Shown one piece after another: positions 26,662-38,240 of a stretch of 64,000 bases of DNA. Position numbers and translations under genes: made by a program. The notes below the pieces were generated by a model that worked only from the letters and a program-made list of their open reading frames with translations, did not search any database and was not told where the DNA came from. Each line of letters begins with the position of its first letter. Positions within the stretch are counted from its first letter, which is position 1. This stretch comes from Mobula hypostoma (lineage: Eukaryota). The DNA lies in contig NC_086118.1 of assembly GCF_963921235.1 (NCBI RefSeq), forward strand, positions 17,424,001 to 17,488,000. The letters are read 5' to 3'.

Positions 26662-27525
26662 CCCTAAAAATTAACTTGCAGGTTGAGTCAGTGGTAGGAA
26701 GGCAAATGCAATTTTACCATTCATCTTCAGGCGATTGGAATATAAGGGCAAGGATGTGCTGCTGAGGCTTTATAAAGCATTGGTCAGACCACATGGAGTA
26801 TCGTGAGCAGTGTTGGGCCCCTTTCCTAAGAAAAGATCTGCTGGCGTTGGAGAGGGTCCAGCAGAGGCTCACAAGAATGTTTCGAGGAATAAAAAGATTA
26901 ATGTATGAGGAGCATTTGATAGCTCTGGGCCTGTACTTGTTGGAGTTTAGAAGAATGAATGGGGATCTCATTGAAACCTACTGAATATTGAAAGGCATAG
27001 ATGGAGTGGGTGTGGACAGGATATTTCCTATGGTGGGGGAGTCTAGGACTAGAGGGCACAGCCTCAGAATGGATAACCGTCCATTTAGAAGATGAGAAGG
27101 AATTTCTTTAGCCAGAGGATGATGAATCTGTGGAACCCATTTTCATGGATGGCTGTGAAGACCAAGTCATTGAGTATATTTAAATCAGAGGTTGATAGGT
27201 TTGTGGTTGGTCAGGACGTCAAAGGTTACAGGGAGAAAGCAGGAAAATTGCGTTGAGAGGGATAATAAATCAGCCGTGATGGAATAGCGGAAAAATCTCG
27301 GTGGATTGAGACTCCTATGTCTTATGGTCTTACAGTAATGAGATTTCCTGGAAAAGATTTGTAAGCTGGGGAGGACCTTATTCCTGAGGGATGCAAGTGA
27401 AAACCCACCCCCTCATGGGTAGCTCCTGATAATGCTAATACTCCTTGGGAACCCAAGCTCAGTCAAGGAATCCTTGCCAATGATGGCACATTCCAAAGAG
27501 GTCTCTGTTGATGCCAAAAACATCA

Positions 27526-28997
27526 TCATCATCATCATCAGATGCCATTCCCGGTTTGAGCTTTGACTGCCATGGCCCACACACTCCTGTTTTGGGTCAA
27601 GTGGATCAATTCATTGGTATTCATTTTCAGTTCTCTGGCCGCTGTCTCCATCATCATTTATCTTTGCTTTCCTTTTGCTTTCTTCCCTTCAATCTTTCCC
27701 ATAATTACCGTGCATTCTAACTCCTCTTCCCTAATCACATGTCCAATGAAGTTACGTTGCCTTTTCATGATTTCATACATTATTTCTCTTTTTGTGTTTG
27801 CTCTGTTCGTGACATCTTTGTTAGGTATTTGTTTCGTCCATGATATTCTTTGCATCCTCCTCAAAAACCGCATCTCTGCTGCTTCAATTTGTTTCCTCAT
27901 GTTACGAGATATTGTCCAACATTCTGATCCATATAACATAACTGGATAAATGTAACATTTCAATACTCTGAGGTGGGTTGCCATGCCTAGTTTAGTATTG
28001 GTCAGTATACTCTTCATTCTTGTAAAGGTGTCTTTTGCCATCCCTGTTCTTCTTTTGATGTCCATGTCACACCTGCCGTCTGATGTCACCCAGCTTCCTA
28101 AGTAGTAAAAGTTCTGTACTTGTTTTATGTCTTGCCCATTTATTCTCAGCCTGCAGATAGGATTCTCCTTCTTTTTTGGATATCACCATACATTCTGTCT
28201 TTTTGCAATTGATAGATAGACCCATTTTTGCACTTTCTTCAACAAGTATATCAATTAAGTTTTGTAGTTCTTCCTCCATACTTGCAATTAACAGAGTGTC
28301 ATCTGCATATCTGAAATTATTGATGTTTTCACCACCAATTTTGATTCTCAAGATGTCTCTTATTTTTTGTAATATTGTTTCACTGTACACATTAAACAAA
28401 TCAGGGGAGAAAACACACCATTGTCTAATGCCTCTCTTGATTTTCATAAACTGACTCACTATTCTGACAGTGGCAGTTTGTTCCCAGTACAGGTTTCTGA
28501 TTAGGCAGAGATCTTTCAAATCTAGATCTAGAGTTTCCTGTAATATTTCAAATAACTTATTGTGCTTCACTTTATCGAATGCTTTTGTGTAGTCATTAGA
28601 ACAAACAAACAAATCTTTTTGCACTTGAATAGCTCGTTCTGATAGTATCCTTAATATCAATATCACGTTTCTTGTACCTTTGTCTTTCACAAAACCACAT
28701 TGTTTTTTACCTATTTCAGCTTGTATCTTACTTTTAGCTCTTGTCATCAAAATTCTTAGAAGTTTCTTAGTGATATGACTCGTTAAACTTATGGTCCTAT
28801 GTAATTCATATTCTATTGCTCCAGGTTTCTTAGGAAGAGTGATAAATACTGATTTTTTCATCTCTTCTGGTATTATTCCAGTCTCTTAAATGTCATTGAT
28901 TAAATCAGTAAGTTTTTCAATTCCATTATCTTCAGGGGCGATAATTTGTTCTATTACTAATTCATCAGGAACTGCTGCCTTTCCTTTCTTTATCTTA
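27526..28997 (-). mobile_element. RTE-clade LINE, 5'-truncated
   Basis: ITLPKKPGA, RTISLTSH, DYTKAFDKV, FRYADDTLL and YGSECWT; (tga)n tail; 17-bp TSD tgatgccaaRaacatca (27509-27525 and 28998-29014). Confidence 0.93.
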
Positions 28998-29150
28998 TGA
29001 TGCCAAGAACATCAAGGGAATGAAAATAGAAACTGCTGGAACACTTAGCAAATTAGACAGCATCAGTGGTAGGAATGACAGAGTTCACCTTTCTATATGA
29101 AGGCCCTTCATTAAAAGTGAGAACATCAAGAGAATCTCTTACTGACAAAC

Positions 29151-29997
29151 TGTTGCATGAAGTGACTGAGGAGAACCCAAGTGCAGGACACAGGCACGAA
29201 GATTTGACACAGAGACGGATTTGGACATGACTTCGACTCGGAGCCTGGAACTTGACTTGACTTGGACTCGGATCCTGGATCTGGACTGAACTTGGACTCG
29301 GAGCCTGGATCTGGACTGGACCTGGAACACGGAGCCTGGACCTGGAACATGGAGCCTGGAACTGGAACACGGAGATGACAACACCAAGTAAAGACAGACA
29401 ATTCATATCTTGGCTCGGAGGAGTGGCAAATGGCCAGCAATCCTCAGCTAGACACGAAAAGACAGAATTCCCAACTCAGAGTAGTGGCAAACAGCTGGAC
29501 CTACTCAGCTGGAAACAAGACGACAGAAACCAAACAATGACAGTCCATTTGTATCTAGACATGGAGAAGCTCATGAAGACAGTCACTTATTCTTTGCGGC
29601 TAGGAAGATGGTCCCTTAATCTTGGTGGCTTGGAAGACGGTCCTTTATTCTTAGCCGCTCGGAGTGGCGACAATCAGCCAGAACATGAAAATGACAGAAT
29701 TCGCATCTTAACTCGGAGTAGCGGCAAAATGGCCGGCAACTCAGCGGGACATGAAAATGACTGAATTCACTAAGCAGCCACAAGCACCGAAGCAACTTAG
29801 AGTCCATGATTCTTGGCTGCCGTGGGATGAGCATATCTGCACTGGCTATGGTGATGAACCAGCCCCAAGTAGCTATAAGCCGGGGTTTTTATCCTGCCGG
29901 TTCGGATGAAGATCAGGTGCCCTAATCAAGGAACCCAATGGAACACGGGGAAAAGGAAAGTAACTGAAATGAGTAGTTAACAGACCGAACCATGCCA
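29151..29997 (-). mobile_element. Solo LTR-like element (family A)
   Basis: tgttgca...catgcca; TSD caaac/caaat; aacccaagtgcaggacac motif; the other end is the reverse complement of the 17333 start. Confidence 0.8.
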
Positions 29998-29999
29998 CA

Positions 30000-30970
30000 A
30001 ATTCATAGGGAATGTCTGCATATAATGACACGTACATAGGGAACCCCCGATAACATCAATGTCCTTCTGGGGAAATGTTGCTGATACAAATACATACTGA
30101 ATGGACCCTTGCTTATTCTGACTATACTACAAGGGAAATTCTACTAATATTGGTACATAGCCAGAGCATTACTGCTAATGCCCCTACATTTCAAGGGAGC
30201 GCTTGCTAATATTAATACTTTCATTCAGAACCTCTGTTGATATGATGCTGAGATACATCCTAGGATGCACTGGAACACATCGCCAGTGATGTAACCTTGG
30301 GTCACGGGTGTTTTGGGTCTTGTAAATTCAGATGTTCTTGCCCAGGGGAGAGTTGATCAGACTGAACTCAGTCAGCGTTGATCAGGCCCTGGCTTGTGTC
30401 CCAGCAGCATTGGTCCATGGGTCACACCTCTTGATCCATAGCCATCTGGAGGCTCACTCAGCAGCCTCTGTGACGGTCCTGATGGCTCTTTTCTTTGCAG
30501 CCTTCGTAATGCCAAGGAGAGAGTAGGTTCTGCACAGTGAGCGTCCAGCAAACCTTTACATCCCACCTCTATAAGCTTGCATCATGCCCTCCACCCCTGT
30601 CCATGGCACTGCTTCACCAGCTCCTGGTATTTGTTTTTCTTTCATTCAAATGCCTCCTCAGTCCAATCTTCCCAAAGAACTGTCCGTTCTACCATGACCA
30701 CCTGCTTATCCCAAGGAAATTCCTAATAATATCAATGTATCTCTAGGAAATCTCTGCTAATTGTAATTCATTTTGAGAGAGTCTCCAATAAAACTAATAT
30801 ATTCCTAGGGAACCCATTGGTACCAACACTCTTTAAGGACACCCCTGCGAATACCAATACATTTCAAGGGATCCCTGCTAGTACTGATACGTTTCAAGCC
30901 AAGCCCTGCTAATACTGATACATTTGGAGGGAATCCCCACCAATAACAATACATATCAAAGAGACCCTTT
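30000..30970. repeat. Ancient ~30-32-bp minisatellite, interrupted
   Basis: Unit resembles atttcaagggatccctgctaatactgatac and is clearest at 30840-30965. Related units occur at 27400-27520. Confidence 0.65.
30250..30712 (-). mobile_element. HERO-like (R2-group, RLE) non-LTR retrotransposon C-terminus and 3' UTR
   Basis: Translating across frameshifts gives VMVERTVLWEDWTEEAFE..KYQELVKQCHGQGWRA..IEVGCKG(F)AGRSLCRTYSLLGI...AAE*ASRWLWIKR. This matches the ELTVPWE...EVGCRG...WLW pattern of HERO RLE ends. Confidence 0.75.
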
Positions 30971-32677
30971 CTAAAAAAAGTAGCTTTGTTTGTCACATGT
31001 ACATCAAAACATACAATGAAATGTGTCATTTTGCATCAACAACCAATACACTGCAAGGATAGTGTTGAGGGTACCTATGCCTACTGTGCCAACATGGCAT
31101 GCCAACAGCTCACTGACTCTAAACATGTGTTGGTCCTTGGAACATGGGAGGAAACTAGTGCACACAGTCCAAGTGAAAACCATCTTTACAAACAGTGTCT
31201 GGAATCAAAGCCCAATCAGTGATCACTGGTGATGCAAAGTGATTTCAGTCACTGCTATGTTCGTGTTATGTTCCTGAAAAATCCTTGCTAGCACATAACA
31301 ACTACGAGCAGAAATGTCCTTTTCTAATTTCCTCGGAATAAATATCAGCTGCTCGATGCTATCTGATGTCGCAATAACTGCATTGTTTACATACATATTA
31401 GCATATAGTTGCCTGGTGAGTCAACAGAAAAAATAATGTCTTTAGCTGCCTGCTGGACAATGCAGCTCCAAGCAGAGAGAAGTCAGAAGATCTTCTGAAT
31501 ACTCCCAAACTCCCTGAGCCAGTCTCTTCTGCCACTGCCACACTTCGCAGACTTTTCAGGCCAGCATTTCATTCTGTAAAGAGAGTACAGAACTGGCAAC
31601 ACCAAGGAGAGACAGAGTTGAAATGCTGGTGACAGAAATTAATGTTTTATGGAGACAGCACTCATTTCCAAGCTATTCACTAAAGTGACAAGAAGATGGA
31701 TAATCAGCTGTAAACACAAGTTCTCATTTTAGACAAAATTCTTTCTAGACGATGTGGATTTACAAAAATGTGAAAATTCTTTTGTGATGCCTCATGAAAC
31801 ACTATTCTTGTAATACTTCGTTCTGTCAAACTGTGGGGATTTTGTTTGTAAGCAAGTCTGATTTAATAAGATCACTGACCATATGGTCCTGATTATTCTG
31901 CCTTTCAAATGTAATAAGGAGGATCAACATTTCTTCCAGGTTTAGCAATATTTTTCACAAAGTTATAGGCAAGTAAGTTGAGATTCCACATAATTTGAGT
32001 AGATAATGAAACAATGAGATGTGCAGAACTAATAACATCAGTTGTCCGTCATGCATAAAAATAGATTTTCACATACCACGATTGCAGTTAAGTAAAGACA
32101 AATGGAATATTTTATGAAATTCCACTTTGAATTACAACAATTTATGCAGCAAAATTAGTGCACAGTTTATTCACATCATAAGAATACACTTTATATCAAA
32201 AACAGAATTTCTTAAAATAACCCATTTCTTACTGTGAATACGTATATTTTCCATCCGGCTTGATTCCAATTTCAAGCGAGTGGGAGCAATGAAAAACTAC
32301 TGTGCAGAACACTGGCCTGAAAAATAAGAGAAGTCCAAAACTAAATTAGGTCCATATTTGTTTGATGCCACTCAGGTGATAATGCACAAAAGGAGGAAGA
32401 GTGGAAGATGCTCAACACATCTGTCAGTCAAGGCTTGCCTTTGATCGATGAACTTCTCAGTTCACTGGCTGCTCACGGTGCAGCACCTGTGTTTATAGAG
32501 GCTGCCGCACTATTCCTAACATAGCAAGTTCCTGTGGCAGGGAGACCCAGCTGCACACTAATCCCATGGCACAGGCCCTGGAGCTCATGTGCCTGGATTC
32601 AACCTGACTTTTTAAGGTTGGCCCTTTGTAACTGCATCCAGATTGAAAAAAAGCATCCTTCCAGTCAAGCAACACCT

Positions 32678-33192
32678 CTAGAACATAGAACATAGAATAG
32701 TACAGCACAGTACAGGCCCTTCGACCCACAATGTTGTGCCGACCCTTAAACCCTGCCTCCCATGTAACCCCCCCAACCTTAAATTCCTCCACATATCTGT
32801 CTAGCAGTCTCTTAATTTTCACTAGTGTATCTGCCTCCACCATTGACTCAGGTAGTGCATTCCACACACCAACCACTCTCTGAGTAAAAAACCTTCCTCT
32901 GATATCCCCCTTGAACTTCCCACCCCTTACCTTAAAGCCATGTCCTTTTGTATTGAGCAGTGGTGCCCTGGGGAAGAGGCACTGGCTGTCCACTCTATCT
33001 ATTCCTCTTAATATCTTGTACACCTCTATCATGCCTCCTGTCAGCCACCTCCTCTCCAGAGAGTAAAGCCCTAGCTCCCTTAATCTCTGATCATAATGCA
33101 TACTCTCTAAACCAGGCAGCATCCTGGTAAGTCTCCTCTGTACCCTTTCCAATGCTTCCACATCCTTCCTATAGTGAGGCAAGCAGAACTGG
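32678..33192 (-). mobile_element. CR1 3' fragment
   Basis: YRKDVEALERVQRR...FFTQRVVGVWNALP; (tagaaca)n tail. Confidence 0.92.
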
Positions 33193-33429
33193 TTATCTCC
33201 AAAGCACTGAGGTAACCAGTTATATAGCCGTAAAGACATGTAAGCCATAAGATATATTGTACAAACGGTAGATGGCTGCGAGCTTTAATATAGAGCTACA
33301 CCATTCTCAGCCTGGGAGACATGGAGACACTAAATAAATATACCACAACACTATGGTTTTTCTCAATTTCTATTTGCAACATCCACAGGCAAATCAATTT
33401 TCTTCAAAGTTACATGATGAAAGTAGATA

Positions 33430-33822
33430 ATAATTACTAAGAAGGAAGCTGAGTGGTGACCTGATAGAAGTTTATAAGACTGAGATGCATAGACAGGGTA
33501 GATAATCAAAATCTTTTTTCCCATGTCAAGGAGATCAAAAACGGAGTGTACAGATTTCAGGTGAGAGGAAGAATTTTGAAGATGATTTCAGAATAATTTG
33601 TTTACACAGAGAATGGTTGATAATCTGAATCTTGTTGTCAGAGGAGTTAGTAGAGACAGATGTAAGCACTATTTAAAGATAATTAGACTGGGATTTAAAT
33701 TGGCAAGGAGTAGAAGAATGCAGAGTCTGTGAAATCAGATCGGACCAGAGTAGCACAGTAAAATGATTGACATGGACATGGTAGCTCAAAGGGTGGCTTC
33801 TGTGCTGGACATCTCTATGACT
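33430..33822 (+). mobile_element. Old CR1 3' fragment
   Basis: ggtgacctgatagaagtttataag...tttacacagagaatgg...ctctatgact. Confidence 0.7.
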
Positions 33823-33971
33823 GCAGGAGTGGGAACATTGGACTTTTTTTAAGCAATTTTGAGCACCCTCTTAAATCATCCTTCTGACCGCCTTCACATG
33901 CCCATGCAAGGACCAGATGTAGTAAATTACATTATGAAAAGCGACATTTTATATAGTGGTTTTCTGTGCAG

Positions 33972-34330
33972 AGCCATAAGACCATAAGATATAGGAGCAG
34001 AATTCGGCCAGATCTCCGTTATTTCATCACGGCTGATTCATTTCCCTCTCAGGCCTGATCTCCTGCCTTCTCCCCATAACCCTTCATGCTCTGACTAAAC
34101 AGGTATCTATCAACCTCTGCCTTAAATATACACAATGGCTTGAGTCCACTGCTGCCTGTGGCAATGAATTCCACAGATTTGCCACTCTCTAGCCGAAGAA
34201 ATTCTTCCTCATTTTCATTTTAAAAATATGTCCCTCTATTCTGAAGCTGTGTCCTCTGGTCTTAATCTCCCCCACCATAGGAAACATCCTCTCCACATCC
34301 ACTGTATTGAGGCCTTTTAACATTCGATTC
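33972..34330 (-). mobile_element. CR1 3' fragment
   Basis: ccataagaccataagatatagg tail; ttccacagatttgccactct. Confidence 0.8.
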
Positions 34331-34967
34331 AATATTCAACAATGAGACCTCTCCCCCCCGCCCCAAAGAGCCAAAAAACTTTTGCCAAAAATGTAACAAC
34401 AAAGAGAACAAGTTGTCACACTTTGCAGTTCTGAAGATGGTACCAATCAATTTACAAATATTACCGGAAGTTGGTCTTAAATGCAAAGCAAGCAGTGCAC
34501 AACAGTAAAGAACTTTTGCTGATTCTGTAATGTGTCTCCAGTATATTTCTCCCAATGATAGGGCAGGGCTTCAGGTGCTGGGTTGTAAGGGGAAATGGTA
34601 GGAGAAGATTGGGGTAGGTGCTGAGTGGTGTGGGCAGTGTCACCGCCTGGTATGAGAACTGTACTACCCTCAATCACAGGGCACTGTAGAGAGTGGTGCG
34701 GACAGCCCAGCGCATGTGTGGATGTGAGCTTCCTTCTATTCAGGACTTTTACATCACAGGTGCGTAGAAAGGGCCCGGAGGATCATCAGGGACTCCAGCC
34801 AGCCCGATCACAAACTGTTTCAGCTGCTTCCGTCTGGCAAAGGGTACCGCAGCATTAAGGCCAGGGCCAATAGGCTCCGGGAGAGCTTCCTTCACCAGGC
34901 CATCAGGTTTATCAATACATATTGATCTGATTGCATAGCAGCCTGTACATTGTATCTGACTGTCCAT

Positions 34968-35502
34968 TAGTGTTGCCAACTGTCTTGTATTAGCTGGGAC
35001 ATCCTGTATATTGGGCTAAATTGGTTTGTCCAATACGGGACCGTCCTTGTCCCGTATTTCCCCCGCTAAGGTAGAGTGTTCCTATGAAACTTTTTGTGCC
35101 GAAATGGCGTAAAGCGAAGAAGCAATTACCATTAATTTATATTGGAAAAATTTTTGAGCATTCCCAGACCCAAAAAATAACCTACCAAATCATACCAAAT
35201 AACACATAAAACCTAAAATAGCACTAACATATAGTAAAAGCAGGAATGATATGATAAATACACAGCCTATATAAAGTAGAAATAATGTATGTACAGTGTA
35301 GTCGAGAAGATTAAGCCAAAACCGATTTGTAGAAAGAAATCCGTGCGTACACGCATGGGCAATGTGCACATCACGCATGCGCACACAGGTGCCCACGCGA
35401 GGCTTCATGGTCATGGTAGTCTTTCTCGGAGTAAACACAATTGTCCCGTATTTGGCTGCTACTTTTGTCCCTTATTTGGGAGTGAGAAAGTTGGCAACCC
35501 TA
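34968..35502. mobile_element. hAT-type MITE (535 bp)
   Basis: TIRs tagtgttgccaact / agttggcaacccta; exact 8-bp TSD ctgtccat; subterminal tgtcccgtatt repeats. Confidence 0.92.
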
Positions 35503-35641
35503 CTGTCCATAAATGTACACAAAACAATTATGTATACAATCTTAAACAACAGGAATTCTGCAGATGTTGGAAATTCAAGCAACACACATCAAAGTTGCTG
35601 GTGAACGCAGCAGGCCAAGCAGCATCTATAGGAAGAGGCGC

Positions 35642-35677
35642 AGTCGACGTTTTAGGCCGAGACCCTTCGTCAGGACT
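35642..35677 (-). ncRNA. Minimal type I hammerhead motif with core mutation (GAAA>AAAA)
   Basis: Reverse complement reads agtc-ctgacga-agggtctcggcct-aaaa-cgtc-gact. Confidence 0.75.
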
Positions 35678-35972
35678 AACTGAAGGAAGAGTGAGTAAGG
35701 GATTTGAAAGCTGGACGGGGAGGGGGAGATGCAAAATGATAGGAGAAGACAGGAGGGGGAGGGATGGAGCCGAGTGCTGGACAGGTGATAGGCAAAAGGG
35801 GATACGAGAGGATCATGGGACAGGAGGTCCGGGAAGAAAGACAAGGGGGGGGGTGACCCAGAGGATGGGCAAGAGGTATATTCAGAGGGACAGAGGGAGA
35901 AAAAGGAGAGTGAGAGAACGAATGTGTGCATAAAAATGAGTAACAGATGGGGTACGAGGGGGAGGTGGGGCC

Positions 35973-38240
35973 TTAGCGGAAGTTAGAGAAGTCGATGTTC
36001 ATGCCATCAGGTTGGAGGCTACCCAGACGGAATATAAGGTGTTGTTCCTCCAACCTGAGTGTGGCTTCATCTTTACAGTAGAGGAGGCCGTGGAAAGACA
36101 TGTCAGAATGGGAATGGGATGTGGAATTAAAATGTGTGGCCACTGGGAGATCCTGCTTTCTCTGGCGGACAGAGCGTAGATGTTCAGCAAACTGGTCTCC
36201 CAGTCTGCGTCGGGTCTCACCAATATATAAAAGGCCACATCGGGAGCGCCGGACGCAGTATATCACCCCAGTCGACTCACAGGTGAAGTGATGCCTCACC
36301 TGGAAGGACTGTTTGGGGCCCTGAATGGTGGTAAGGGAGGAAGTGTAAGGGCATGTGTAGAACTTGTTCCGCTTACACGGATAAGTGCCAGGAGGGAGAT
36401 CAGTGGGGAGGGATGGGGGGGACGAATGGACAAGGGAGTTGTGTAGGGAGCGATCCCTGCGGAATGCAGAGAGAGGGGGGGAGGGAAAGATGTGCTTAGT
36501 GGTGGGATCCCGTTGGAGGTGGCGGAAGTTACGGAGAATAATATGTTGGACCCAGAGGCTGGTGGGGTAGGTGAGGACCAGGGGAACCCTATTCCTAGTG
36601 GGGTGGTGGGAGGATGGAGTGAGAGCAGATGTACGTGAAATGGGGGAGATGCGTTTAAGAGCAGAGTTGATAGTGGAGGAAGGGAAGCCCCTTTCTTTAA
36701 AAAATGAAGACATCTCCCTCATCCTAGAATGAAAAGCCTCATCCTGACAGCAGATGCGGCGGAGACGGAGGAATTGCGAGAAGGGGATGGCGTTTTTGCA
36801 AGAGACAGGGTGAGAAGAGGAATAGTCCAGATAGCTGTGAGAGTCAGTAGGCTTATAGTAGACATCAGTGGATAAGCTGTCTCCAGAGACAGAGACAGAA
36901 AGATCTAGAAAGGGGAGGGAGGTGTCGGAAATGGACCAGGTAAACTTGAGGGCAGGGTGAAAGTTGGAGGCAAAGTTAATAAAGTCAACGAGTTCTGCAT
37001 GCGTGCAGGAAGCAGCGCCAATGCAGTCGTCGATGTAGCGAAGGAAAAGTGGGGGACAGATACCAGAATAGGCACGGAACATAGAGTGTTCCACAAACCC
37101 AACAAAAAGGCAGGCATAGCTAGGACCCATACGGGTGCCCATAGCTACACCTTTAGTTTGGAGGAAGTGGGAGGGGCCAAAGGAGAAATTATTAAGAGTA
37201 AGGACTAATTCCGCTAGACGGAGCAGAGTGGTGGTAAAGGGGAACTGATTAGGTCTGGAATCCGAAAAGAAGCGTAGAGCTTTGAGACCTTCCTGATGGG
37301 GGATGGAAGTATATAAGGACTGGACATCCATGGTGAAAATAAAGCGGTGGGGGCCAGGGAACTTAAAATCATCGAAAAGTTTAAGAGCGTGAGAAGTGTC
37401 ACGAACATAGGTCGGAAGGGATTGAACAAGGGGTGATAAAACAGTGTCGAGGTATGCAGAAACGAGTTCGGTGGGGCAGGAGCAAGCTGAGACAATAGGT
37501 CGGCCAGGACAGGCAGGTTTGTGGATCTTGGGTAGGAGGTAGAAACGGGAAGTGCGGGGTGTGGGAACTATAAGGTTGGTAGCAGTGGATGGGAGATCCC
37601 TTGAGCGGATAAAGTCGTTGATAGTGTGGGAGACAATGGCCTGGTGCTCCTTAGTGGGGTCACGATCGAGGGGTAAATAAGAGGAGGTATCCGCGAGTTG
37701 TCGCTGTGCCTCGGCAAGGTAGAGGTCAGTACGCCAGACTACAACAGCACCCCCTTTATCAGCGGGTTTAATAATAAGGTTAGGATTAGTGCGGAGGGAG
37801 TGGAGAGCAGAGCGTTCCGAAGGAGTGAGGTTGGAATGGGGACAAGGTGCGGTGAAGTCGAGACGGTTGATGTCCCGTCGGCAGTTGGCAATAAAGAGAT
37901 CCAGGGCAGGCAGAAGACCAGAGCGGGGTGTCCATGAAGAAGAGGAGGGTTGAAGACGGGAGAAGGGGTCATCGGTGGGGGTGGAAGAGTCCTTGCCGAA
38001 GAAGTAGGCTCGGAGACGGAGACGGCGGAAGAAAAGTTCCGCATCATGGCGAACACGGAACTCGCTGAGGTGTGGGCGAAGGGGGACAAAGGTGAGGCCC
38101 TTACTGAGAACAGAGCGTTCTGCCTCCGACAGTTGAAGGTCGGAGGGGATGGTAAAGACCCGGCACGGATGAGAGCTGGGATCAGAGGGGGGAAGGGGGA
38201 GGCTGGGTGTTCCTGCCATTGATCTCGGCGGCTCCAACAC
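35973..38240 (-). CDS. Penelope-like RT + GIY-YIG endonuclease (5'-truncated, frame open; the called start lies in junction sequence)
   Basis: KPADKGG, LLPKIHK..GRPIVS, MDVQSLYTSI, GVAMG, RYIDD, YYKPT, Cys-rich linker, GVIYC...YIGETRRRL, RLEEQHLIFRLGSLQPDGMN. Confidence 0.9.
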   Translation of the reverse strand: MLEPPRSMAGTPSLPLPPSDPSSHPCRVFTIPSDLQLSEAERSVLSKGLTFVPLRPHLSEFRVRHDAELFFRRLRLRAYFFGKDSSTPTDDPFSRLQPSSSSWTPRSGLLPALDLFIANCRRDINRLDFTAPCPHSNLTPSERSALHSLRTNPNLIIKPADKGGAVVVWRTDLYLAEAQRQLADTSSYLPLDRDPTKEHQAIVSHTINDFIRSRDLPSTATNLIVPTPRTSRFYLLPKIHKPACPGRPIVSACSCPTELVSAYLDTVLSPLVQSLPTYVRDTSHALKLFDDFKFPGPHRFIFTMDVQSLYTSIPHQEGLKALRFFSDSRPNQFPFTTTLLRLAELVLTLNNFSFGPSHFLQTKGVAMGTRMGPSYACLFVGFVEHSMFRAYSGICPPLFLRYIDDCIGAASCTHAELVDFINFASNFHPALKFTWSISDTSLPFLDLSVSVSGDSLSTDVYYKPTDSHSYLDYSSSHPVSCKNAIPFSQFLRLRRICCQDEAFHSRMREMSSFFKERGFPSSTINSALKRISPISRTSALTPSSHHPTRNRVPLVLTYPTSLWVQHIILRNFRHLQRDPTTKHIFPSPPLSAFRRDRSLHNSLVHSSPPSLPTDLPPGTYPCKRNKFYTCPYTSSLTTIQGPKQSFQVRHHFTCESTGVIYCVRRSRCGLLYIGETRRRLGDQFAEHLRSVRQRKQDLPVATHFNSTSHSHSDMSFHGLLYCKDEATLRLEEQHLIFRLGSLQPDGMNIDFSNFR

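Larger units (their letters stand above)
21595..27332 (+). mobile_element. Long decayed CR1 ORF2 (EN + RT) carrying three nested insertions
   Basis: EN region WVELRKYK; RT motifs QHGF, DFQK and LADDT; EYREQCWAPFLRKD; tail tatgtcttatggtctta. Confidence 0.9.
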
